From contig JBDRCO010000037.1 in the NCBI GenBank assembly GCA_043821645.1, positions 224,001-288,000 of the forward strand: 64,000 nt of DNA, in the 5' to 3' direction. The stretch is from Pseudomonadota bacterium (GTDB lineage: Bacteria; Myxococcota; JACRCW01; JAFGSX01). The position numbers were made by a program, and so were the translations under genes. The notes under the pieces are model-generated. The model was not told the DNA's origin. It did not search any database and saw only the letters and a list, made by a program, of their open reading frames with translations. This document shows, one piece after another, positions 10,101 to 17,630 of this stretch; position 1 is the stretch's first letter, and every line of letters begins with the position of its first letter.

Positions 10101-12341
10101 GCCAGCGTGACCTGCGAGCCCATGACCGGCGCTCTCGAGGTGTTTGCAGGGAGCGAGCATGCCTGTGCCATCGTCGACGTGCTCGGCGCCCGCCAGGCCT
10201 GGTGCTGGGGCGACGGCTACTACGGCGAGCTTGGCTACGGCGACAGCTACGACAGCGCCTGGCCGCAGCCGGTCTGCCTGAGCGGACTGTGGGACGGGAC
10301 GGTTTGCAGCGGCAGTGTCCTCGAGGGCGTCGAGCAGATCGCCCTGGGCGATGATCACTCCTGTGCCCGGCTCACCAGTGGCGACGTGATGTGCTGGGGC
10401 TACGGCTCCTTGCTGGGTGACCAGTGGGGCTCCAACAGCGACAACCCGGTGGCCGTGTGCCTGGGCGACTCGAGTGAAGTCAGCACCTGCGAGCCCCTGA
10501 CCGGTACCCTGGACCTGGTCGCCGGCTCCGACCACAGCTGCGCCCTGCTGGCAGATCGCACCGTGCGCTGCTGGGGCAGCAATTACCCATACACCACGGG
10601 CGACGGGCTCGCGGATACCTCCACGCGCGATGGTGCGGTGCCTGTCTGCACGCGCGGCGCCCGACAGAACGACGCCTGCTCGCTCGAAGCCCTGTCCAGT
10701 GTGCTCCAGCTCAGCGCTGGCAATAGGCATACCTGCGCCCTGCGCGATGACGGCACGGTGTGGTGCTGGGGCTCCAACAACCGGGGCCAGCTCGGCGACG
10801 GAAGCACCGAGGACAGGCGCAACGCGACACAGGTCTGCGGGAGTGGCACCCGGCTCGGTGGCGATTGCGTACCGTTGAGCAATGTGGTCGAGGTTCACGC
10901 AGGCTTCTCCCACACCTGCGCCGTGCGCCGGGTCGACGTGACCACCACCGAGGTCATCTGTTGGGGCGAAGGCCGCAACGGTGAGCTGGGCGCGGGGCCC
11001 GGTGCCCTGGCGGTCTATCCGACCGAGGTCTGCGCCAGCGGCAGCGGCAATGCCTGCGCGCCCCTGTCCGGCATCGTGAGCATCACAGCCGGTGCTGTGC
11101 ACAGCTGCGCGCTCCTCGACACTGGCGAGGTCTGGTGCTGGGGCTCGGGCCTCCTCGGCCAGCTCGGCAACGGCGATCTCGACGAGAACCGCAGCGCCAG
11201 TCCCGTGCCCGTGTGCGCGCGCGGCCGGCAATCCGACGGTACCTGCGAGCACCTGCAGGGTGTCGTGGCCCTGGCCTCCGCAGGCTGGAACACCTGCGCT
11301 CTTCTGGTCTCGGGCAGCATGGTGTGCTGGGGCGACAACCAGTTTGGCCAGGTGGGCTCGGGCCTGGTGCCTGTGGACTACCGGGGGATTGCCTATCCGC
11401 TGCTCAACCCGACCCCCGTGTGCATCTCGGGCCGGGGTATCTCCTGTGAACCACTGAGCAACGTGGTTTCCATGGATATCGGCCCGTCGCACGCCTGCGC
11501 CCTGACCTCCGCCGGCGAGCTGTGGTGCTGGGGTCGCAACGACCGCGGGCAGCTCGGGGACGGCACCTGGGCCGAGGCCGGATGCAACGACTACATCTAC
11601 AGCTCGGGCGTCACCTTGATTCCCTCGGCCTGCCGATTCCTGCCTGTGCGGGTGTGCGGCGAGGGAGCGGGACCGGGCTGCACGCCGCTGCAGGGTGTGC
11701 GCAGCGTGCGCACCGGAGATACCCACACCTGTGCCATCTTGCAGGATGGTGAGCTGCGCTGCTGGGGCGACAACCGATCCGCGCAGCTTGGCGACGGCAC
11801 CAGCGTCAGCTCGTACCTTCCGCAGCGCGTCTGGAACCAGGACAGCAGCGGCTCGCTGTCCGCGCTGACCGGAGTGGTGGGCCTGTCCCTCGCCACCTCG
11901 TCGACGTGCGCGCTGAGGCAGGATGGCACCGTCTGGTGCTGGGGCCTGTCCTGGTACGGTGAGCTTGGCAGTGGGACCTGGTACGGTGACGAGGGGTGCA
12001 CGGACTTCGAGGACTACGAGGCCCAGTGCCAGTTCCATCCGCAGCCTGTCTGCACGTCGACCAGCAGCGGCCGCTGCGACGGCCAGTGCACGGCCACCCT
12101 GGGCCAGGTGGTGGCCATCGAGGGCGGTGATCACCAGCACTGTGCCCTGCTCGAAGATGGGCAGGTGCGTTGCTGGGGTGACGGTCAGGATGGTGAGCTG
12201 GGTTCGGGCAACTCGGGCTGGGGTGCCTGGACCTGCGTGGCCGGATCGCCTTGCAGCTATCGCGACGCCACGGGCTGCGTGCCCGTCGAGGATCGCGCAA
12301 CGGCCACCTGCCAGGTACTGCAGGTCACGGCGCTCGACTGA
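7182..12341 (+). CDS. Large surface lipoprotein: two FN3-like domains plus 21 RCC1/BLIP-II-type repeats
   Basis: SD GAGGGG precedes ATG 7182. Lipobox-like SVAC. FN3 motifs (APSNL...VSW; LSWRD...GYLIER). I count 21 repeats of HxCA..DGxxxCWGxNxxGQLG. Confidence 0.85.
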   Translation: MRSFTTLMICIAATASVACQPVLHPEVKEPKPANSADICIAPGAPSNLRIEVQVDGILVSWDSGNGTASGYVVERRLFLDPTWGELVRVAAGETSVLDQNNILLDAQYGYRVLSYRTVESTGNSCLSDPTDEAVATTLPRVPEDAAAHAFADRIELSWRDVNDFETGYLIERRRRHTDRSFLEVMQLGRNDERWTDTDLVAGDTYDYHIFALNRTGRSNAVLVSAPATTSTRVPRPPQLSWSAAPYLDTQCVLQLEAQAVFDTDLGAAYDADRSSFSAPPLTSPAVTSVAEGSDRYALSAANTSLAQGQVLASWEVWDTLEGGATLQRNLLLQRNSVQRARERLPRPQIGDDDGAGRQALIPGCASCQGRRGSLALGWDHVCSLTDQGQAQCWGLNHVGQLGNGVAAWTSNSAVVCSGDVGQPCARTLQNVTALDLGEGSTCAVTEDGEARCWGDNGDGQLGDGFWGEESASVPQTVCQGGQRRNGTCVSLDNVVSLSASSGYACAVTADGGVRCWGDQGDHLGQGYMDDAYNPTPVCSGDVISPCGAVLDQVAEVSVGYGYSCALKQDGSVWCWGYNSSGQTGNGSDDQLSIPQPVCVQGVAAEGTCVPLTGVLALESGNNHSCALVAGGMLLCWGSNSSGQLGDGGDDNRFNPAPVCLTGTFDDETCVPLTGVESFSLGYGYTCAVRTGGELLCWGSNSGDLLGTGLNTGSKNPAGACMGGAWDGTTCTDEFGLVYDRFDSVESVFAGDDHTCAIRTDGSLWCWGDNYWGQLGDGTGVNRESPVEVCLTGSQDSSDCVPLAGVAEVVSDDYATCARLDDTSVWCWGSASYGRLGIGTMSSWYPNPEPVCESGTGGSCVPLTGAVRLGAGWARACARLDDGRLVCWGDSTDGRLGAGNTTDVSNPIDVCLTGETGVDCVPQTDVVGLDMSTTHSCLINADHELLCWGTYSTGNLGTFIANTVPLALPVCAQGASVTCEPMTGALEVFAGSEHACAIVDVLGARQAWCWGDGYYGELGYGDSYDSAWPQPVCLSGLWDGTVCSGSVLEGVEQIALGDDHSCARLTSGDVMCWGYGSLLGDQWGSNSDNPVAVCLGDSSEVSTCEPLTGTLDLVAGSDHSCALLADRTVRCWGSNYPYTTGDGLADTSTRDGAVPVCTRGARQNDACSLEALSSVLQLSAGNRHTCALRDDGTVWCWGSNNRGQLGDGSTEDRRNATQVCGSGTRLGGDCVPLSNVVEVHAGFSHTCAVRRVDVTTTEVICWGEGRNGELGAGPGALAVYPTEVCASGSGNACAPLSGIVSITAGAVHSCALLDTGEVWCWGSGLLGQLGNGDLDENRSASPVPVCARGRQSDGTCEHLQGVVALASAGWNTCALLVSGSMVCWGDNQFGQVGSGLVPVDYRGIAYPLLNPTPVCISGRGISCEPLSNVVSMDIGPSHACALTSAGELWCWGRNDRGQLGDGTWAEAGCNDYIYSSGVTLIPSACRFLPVRVCGEGAGPGCTPLQGVRSVRTGDTHTCAILQDGELRCWGDNRSAQLGDGTSVSSYLPQRVWNQDSSGSLSALTGVVGLSLATSSTCALRQDGTVWCWGLSWYGELGSGTWYGDEGCTDFEDYEAQCQFHPQPVCTSTSSGRCDGQCTATLGQVVAIEGGDHQHCALLEDGQVRCWGDGQDGELGSGNSGWGAWTCVAGSPCSYRDATGCVPVEDRATATCQVLQVTALD

Positions 12342-12361
12342 CGGAGGGGAGGGTGGACACC

Positions 12362-13717
12362 ATGAGAACTCGAACAGGCTTTGTGCTCTGGGTGGCGATG
12401 GTCGCCCTGATCTCCTCCTCGGTCCGGGCTGCGGATCCCACGCCCATCGACAAGGAAGGTGTGGTCACACGTTCGACCAAGGTCAAGGACGATAAGGACA
12501 AGAAGTTCAATCTCAAGAAGGGGCAGCGGGTCGAAGTCCAGTACGAGCGCGACAACTGGTACTGGGTGCGCACCGCCAAGGGTAAGCAGGCCTGGGTCAA
12601 AAAGAAGTACGTGCGCCTCGAGAAGGCGACGGCAAGCGACGCGACGCCGGTCGTGAGTCCCAAGCTATCGCCGACCACGCCAGGGCAGCCCGCTGACGAC
12701 GGAAGCGTGCGTACGGTGAGCGCCCGCTCCGACGAGGCGGCACTTCCCGTATCCCGCCACGGCAAGACCAAGATCGCGGTACTGGACCTCAAGGGTACCG
12801 AGAACATGTCGCCCAAGCTGGTGGCTTTCCTCACTGGCGCCATCACCGAGACCCTCGATGCGCTGGGACCGTTCCAGTCCCTGTCGTCGACGGATATCTC
12901 GCGCGTGCTCGAGTACCAGGCGCGCAACCAGCTTCTGGGCTGCGAGGATGCGAGCTGCTTCGCCGAGATCAGTGCGGCCCTGGGCGCCGAGCACCTGATC
13001 AGTGGCGAGATCAGCCAGGTCAACGCGATGTACGTGGTGCAGCTGCGCCTGCACGACCCCAAGACTGGCCAGGTCGCCAAGCGTATCTCGCGCGAGTACC
13101 AGGGGGAGCCCGAGGCGCTGTTCCGGGAGGTGCGTGCGGCCGCCAAGATGCTGGTTCGCGACCTGCTGATGCAAAAGGCGGGCACCCTCAAGCTGGCGGC
13201 GAGCGAGGAGGGTGCGACCATTCGCGTCGACGATGTGGTGTTTGGCGTGACCCCGAGTGACCCCATCCCCGTCGCTGGCGGGCTGCACGCCCTGGCGATC
13301 GAGAAGGAAGGGTTCGTCGTCGCCAAGCAGGATGTCGAGGTACAGGAGGGCAAGACCGTCGAGGTCTACCTCAAGCTGGTGCCGAGCGAGGAGTACCGGC
13401 GCGATCACCGGCGTGGGGCCGAGCTGGTGCGGGGCGTGGCCCTGGCCACGGCCGGGGCCGGCGTGCTGTCGCTGGCTGCCAGCGGCTTCTTCTTCTACAC
13501 GGGTTTCGACAAGGCCTCGGCCCTGCAGCGCGATACCGAGATCTACAACGCGTCCGAGGTTCGCCAGGATTCAGTGCGCCTGGACCTGCGGGACAGACGG
13601 CAGGAGCTGGGTGTCCTCGACGTGGTGGCTCTGGGAACGGCCGGTGGTGGCCTCGGTGCCATGCTGATCGGCGGCGTGATCTTCCTGCTCGGGGACGATC
13701 CGGGCAAGTACGACTGA
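12362..13717 (+). CDS. Secreted protein: SH3-like domain, CsgG/TolB_N-like alpha/beta domain, PEGA domain and C-terminal hydrophobic helices
   Basis: SD GGAGG; signal peptide. WYWVRT..KQAWV (SH3b-like). KIAVLDLKG...CEDASC...LGAEHLISGEI. PEGA pattern GATIRVDD..FGVTP...GLHALAIEKEGF. Confidence 0.75.
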   Translation: MRTRTGFVLWVAMVALISSSVRAADPTPIDKEGVVTRSTKVKDDKDKKFNLKKGQRVEVQYERDNWYWVRTAKGKQAWVKKKYVRLEKATASDATPVVSPKLSPTTPGQPADDGSVRTVSARSDEAALPVSRHGKTKIAVLDLKGTENMSPKLVAFLTGAITETLDALGPFQSLSSTDISRVLEYQARNQLLGCEDASCFAEISAALGAEHLISGEISQVNAMYVVQLRLHDPKTGQVAKRISREYQGEPEALFREVRAAAKMLVRDLLMQKAGTLKLAASEEGATIRVDDVVFGVTPSDPIPVAGGLHALAIEKEGFVVAKQDVEVQEGKTVEVYLKLVPSEEYRRDHRRGAELVRGVALATAGAGVLSLAASGFFFYTGFDKASALQRDTEIYNASEVRQDSVRLDLRDRRQELGVLDVVALGTAGGGLGAMLIGGVIFLLGDDPGKYD

Positions 13718-13756
13718 GCCCGGTTTCTCGGCGTCCGTCATCCGGTCGAGCCAGCG

Positions 13757-13785
13757 TTGACTTCGCGGTGTGCGCTCACGACAAT
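13757..13785 (+). promoter_or_regulatory. Putative sigma70 promoter for ftcd
   Basis: TTGACT-17 nt-GACAAT, about 45 nt upstream of ATG 13830. Confidence 0.5.
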
Positions 13786-13829
13786 TCCGGCGCAGCGCCA
13801 GGGATGACGTCGCGTCGGAGCAGAAAACC

Positions 13830-15533
13830 ATGAAACTCGTCGAGTGTGTGCCCAATTTTTCCGAGGGCCGCGATCGCGCGGTCATCGACGCCATCGCCGC
13901 GGCCATCACCTCGGTCGACGGCGCGGCACTGCTGGATGTGGATCCGGGTGCGGCCGCGCATCGCACCGTGGTGACCTTCGTGGCGCCGCCCGAGGCCGCG
14001 GTCGAGGCAGCCTTTCGCGCCATGCGCGTGGCCAGCGAGCGCATCGACATGAGCCACCACCACGGCGAGCACCCGCGTATGGGCGCCACCGACGTGTGCC
14101 CCTTTGTGCCGGTCGCCGGTGTCACCATGGACGAGTGTGTTGCCCTGGCCCGGCAACTGGGGCAACGTGTGGGTCGCGAACTCGGCATCCCGGTGTACCT
14201 GTACGAGGCGGCGGCCACGCGCCTCGAGCGCGCGAACCTTGCCGACATCCGGCGCGGCGAATACGAGGCCCTGGCCGACAAGCTGCGCGATCCCGCCTGG
14301 CTCCCCGACTTCGGGCCTGCCGAGCTCAACGCGCGCAGCGGCGCCTCCGTCATCGGTGCCCGCGAGTTCCTCATCGCCTTCAACGTCAACCTCAACACCC
14401 GCGACAAGAAGCTGGCTCACGACATCGCCCTGGACCTGCGCGAACAGGGCCGATCGGCCCGAGGTGACGACGGAAAATTCCTGCGGGATGCCCAGGGCAA
14501 CAAGGTGGCCGTGCCCGGTCTGTTCAAGGCGGTCAAGGCTGTGGGTTGGATCATCGACGAGTACGGCTGTGCCCAGATCTCGATGAACTTGACCGACTAC
14601 AAGGTCTCGCCGCCGCACCTGGTGTTCGACAGGGCCTGCGAGCTGGCCTGGCAGCGTGGCCTGCGGGTCACCGGCAGCGAACTGGTCGGCCTCATCCCCA
14701 AGACCGCCCTGCTCGAGGCCGGGCGGTACTACTTGCGCAAGCAGGGCAAGAGCGCTGGCGTCGGTGACGACGAGCTGGTGCGCGTGGCCGTGCAGTCCAT
14801 GGGTCTCGATGACGTGGCGACCTTTGACCCGGATCAGAAGATCATCGAGCACCGCACCGGAGCCAGGGACGGCCGCCTGGTGTCCATGACAGGCCGGCAC
14901 TTCGCGGAGACCCTGGCCTCGGACGCGCCCGCACCGGGAGGTGGGTCTGTTGCGGCTCTGGCGGGATGCCACGCGGCGTCCCTGGTGGCCATGGTGGCCT
15001 CATTGACCCACGGCAAGAAGGGCTACGAGGCCGTGGCGTCGGAGATGGAGACCATTGCGGTCGAGGGCCATGCGCTCAAGGAGAGCCTGCTGGCTGCTGT
15101 CGACGCCGACACCGCGGCCTTTGATGCGGTCATGGCCGCGATGAAGCTGCCCAAGAGCAGTGACGGCGAGAAGAAGGCTCGCGACCTCGCCCTCGAGCAG
15201 GCCAACAAGTGGGCGACGCTGGTGCCGCTGTCGACCCTGCGCCAGTGCCTGCGGCCTGCCGAGCTGGCTCGCGCGGTGGCCGACAAGGGCAACCCCAACA
15301 GCCTGTCCGACGCGGGTGTCGCCGCCCTGATGGCTGCGGCCGGCGCCCGGGGCGCCCTGTACAACGTGCTGATCAACCTGCCCGGCGTGAAGGATCCGAG
15401 CTTTCGCTCGACCACGGCCAGCGAAGCTCGCGCGCTGTACCAGCAGGTGCAGCGAACCTGTGACGAGGTCGCCATTGTGGTCGAGGAGAGGCTGGCCAAG
15501 AGCCTGATGACGAGCGGCGAAGGCGACCGCTGA
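13830..15533 (+). CDS. ftcd: Bifunctional glutamate formimidoyltransferase / formiminotetrahydrofolate cyclodeaminase
   Basis: N-terminus MKLVECVPNFSEGRD; HxGEHPRMGATDVCPFVP; QISMNL; cyclodeaminase half with APAPGGGSVAA and GNPNSLSDAGV...NVLINL. Confidence 0.95.
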   Translation: MKLVECVPNFSEGRDRAVIDAIAAAITSVDGAALLDVDPGAAAHRTVVTFVAPPEAAVEAAFRAMRVASERIDMSHHHGEHPRMGATDVCPFVPVAGVTMDECVALARQLGQRVGRELGIPVYLYEAAATRLERANLADIRRGEYEALADKLRDPAWLPDFGPAELNARSGASVIGAREFLIAFNVNLNTRDKKLAHDIALDLREQGRSARGDDGKFLRDAQGNKVAVPGLFKAVKAVGWIIDEYGCAQISMNLTDYKVSPPHLVFDRACELAWQRGLRVTGSELVGLIPKTALLEAGRYYLRKQGKSAGVGDDELVRVAVQSMGLDDVATFDPDQKIIEHRTGARDGRLVSMTGRHFAETLASDAPAPGGGSVAALAGCHAASLVAMVASLTHGKKGYEAVASEMETIAVEGHALKESLLAAVDADTAAFDAVMAAMKLPKSSDGEKKARDLALEQANKWATLVPLSTLRQCLRPAELARAVADKGNPNSLSDAGVAALMAAAGARGALYNVLINLPGVKDPSFRSTTASEARALYQQVQRTCDEVAIVVEERLAKSLMTSGEGDR

Positions 15534-15573
15534 GGGGCGAACGAGGGGCCCGGGAGCCCGCTCCGGGTCAGAC

Positions 15574-16797
15574 TCAGGCCTCTCGCTGGTACACCAGCCG
15601 GCCCGCCTTGACCACGCGCTCGACGTGGTCTGCCCCCATGTCGGTGATCACATGGCGGGGCTCCGTGGTGTCGAGGATGACCAGATCACACTGCGTGCCC
15701 ACGTGCAGGCGGCCGATGTCGTCGCGACCCAGCGCGCAGGCAGCCTGGCGCGTGATGCCCAGCAGCGCCTCCTCGACGCTGAGACCACAGCGGGTGACGG
15801 CCAGGGTGGCGGCCAGCAGGAGGTTCTCGCAGTTGGCGGATCCCGGGTTGAAGTCGCTGGCCACGGCCACGCGCAGGCCCGCGTCGACGAGGGTGCGACC
15901 CGGTGCCGGCTTGCCCTTGCCCAGGTAGATCTCGCAGGTCGGCAGGATCACGGCGACCACGTCTGCCCGCCGCAGCTCCCGGATCTCCCTCTGGCGCGCC
16001 ACCTCGAGGTGGTCCGCGCTCACAGCCTGCAACTCGGCGGCCAGGCTGCAACCACCGAGACGATGAAACTGGTCGGTGTGCAGGCGGGCCTCGAGGTTGA
16101 GCTGCTGGCCGCGCATCAAGATGCGACGCGCCTGATCGACCGAGAAGGCTCCTTGCTCGACGTAGACGTCGCAGAATCGAGCCAGACCAGCTGCGGCTAC
16201 CGCGGGCAGCATCTCCTCGATCACGAGGTCCGTGTAGGCCTCCGTGCGGTCCCGGTACTCCGGCGGCACGGTGTGCGCGCCAAGGAAGGTCGGTGTGATC
16301 TCCACGGGCTGCAGGGCCGCCAGCACGCGCAGCACGCGCAACATCTTCAGCTCGTCGTCGAGCGACAGGCCATAACCGCTCTTGATCTCGATGGTGGTGA
16401 CACCCCGCTGCAGGGCGCGGTGCAGGCGCGGTATCGCCGCATCGACCAATTCCTCCTCGCTGGCAGCCCGGACCGCCTTGACCGTTTTCACGATCCCGCC
16501 ACCCGCAGCCGCGATGTCCAGATACGTAACGCCGCGCGCTCGTGCCGCGAACTCCTGACTGCGATCCCCGACGTGGAGCAGGTGGGTGTGGCAGTCCACC
16601 AGTCCTGGCAAAACGGCATGCCCCCGGGCATCGAGGATGGGGGTTCCGAGGGGCACGGGTGGGAGCTGGGCTTGGGGGCCGTACCAGGACACCAGGTCGT
16701 CGGCTGCGACCAGGGCTGCGTTGCGGATCACGCCCAGGCTGCTGCCGGCTCCAGGCTCGCAGGTGACCAGGTTCCCGATGTTGTGCACCACCAGCAT
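15574..16797 (-). CDS. hutI: Imidazolonepropionase
   Basis: PGLVDCHTH, GGGIVKTV, GVTTIEIKSGYGL, FCDVYVEQGAF, SADHLE, ASDFNPGS. Confidence 0.95.
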   Translation of the reverse strand: MLVVHNIGNLVTCEPGAGSSLGVIRNAALVAADDLVSWYGPQAQLPPVPLGTPILDARGHAVLPGLVDCHTHLLHVGDRSQEFAARARGVTYLDIAAAGGGIVKTVKAVRAASEEELVDAAIPRLHRALQRGVTTIEIKSGYGLSLDDELKMLRVLRVLAALQPVEITPTFLGAHTVPPEYRDRTEAYTDLVIEEMLPAVAAAGLARFCDVYVEQGAFSVDQARRILMRGQQLNLEARLHTDQFHRLGGCSLAAELQAVSADHLEVARQREIRELRRADVVAVILPTCEIYLGKGKPAPGRTLVDAGLRVAVASDFNPGSANCENLLLAATLAVTRCGLSVEEALLGITRQAACALGRDDIGRLHVGTQCDLVILDTTEPRHVITDMGADHVERVVKAGRLVYQREA

Positions 16798-16869
16798 GCT
16801 TCTGCTCCCGCCTCTCTGCGGCGCTCCCCGCCACCTGATGTTCTGGCGCGTGATCCGCTGGCGCTGGAC

Positions 16870-17595
16870 TCAGGGCTTTCCACGTGCAGGCAAGGTCTTG
16901 CCACCAGGCAGCTCCAGGAGCCGTGCCAGGGCTCGGGCTGCGGTACGAGCCGTGGCTGCGACCAGTTCGCCATTGTCGGCAAAACCATCACACTCGAACC
17001 AGCAACCGCGCGCCGACAGTCTCAGCCGGGCACCGCGATGATCGAGGGCATAGCGCACCAGGCGTCGCGCCTCCTCGTCGTCCAGGATAGGGGCGAGCGA
17101 TGGCATCGGGTCGTCGTGAGCGAGGGCGGTGGCGCGCTCCTCCAGATCAGGCCAGGGTAGGGGCCACACGGTCCTCGCCGCGGTCACGAGGTGACTGGCC
17201 CCGGAACCGCCCGCCAGGATGAGATCGGGGCCGTGATACAGGGCGGTCTCGGCCTCGACAACACACAAAGCCTGCTCCTCGCCAGGTTGGGCGCGATGCT
17301 CACGGTACAGCCTGAAGCGCTGGCCGCTTTCGTCAAACAGGACCGCGCCGCGTCCGGGATCGCGCCGGCTGCGTTGCACCTGCCCGCCCAGGGCCGCCGC
17401 GGCTTGATCCAGGCTGCCTGCCGCCGCGAGCAGTCGCGAACGACGGCGCTGGAACAGCCACAGGCCCAGGCCAGCACCCGCGAACAGGATGACCAGAAGT
17501 AGCGTTCCGCCCACGACCCACTCCGTCGACGTTGACACCGTGGCAGGGCCACCTGCGATGCGTCTATGATGCCACGACCGGGCGTGAGGTTCCAC
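16870..17595 (-). CDS. Hypothetical protein with an N-terminal transmembrane helix (start may be GTG 17538)
   Basis: Hydrophobic stretch WVVGGTLLLVILFAGAGLGLWLF followed by RRR; fills the gap upstream of hutI on the same strand. Confidence 0.6.
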   Translation of the reverse strand: MEPHARSWHHRRIAGGPATVSTSTEWVVGGTLLLVILFAGAGLGLWLFQRRRSRLLAAAGSLDQAAAALGGQVQRSRRDPGRGAVLFDESGQRFRLYREHRAQPGEEQALCVVEAETALYHGPDLILAGGSGASHLVTAARTVWPLPWPDLEERATALAHDDPMPSLAPILDDEEARRLVRYALDHRGARLRLSARGCWFECDGFADNGELVAATARTAARALARLLELPGGKTLPARGKP

Positions 17596-17630
17596 GGTCC
17601 CCTCACGGTGCTGGGTCAGCGAGAGGGTGC

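Noticed and set aside
9036-12140. 1034-aa minus-strand ORF, and similar long antisense ORFs (2308-4212, 17616-19412, 35885-37843, 49440-52034, 58953-61427, 61503-63359)
   Set aside because: They are shadows of genuine genes caused by high third-position GC; no motifs and complete overlap with well-supported CDS.
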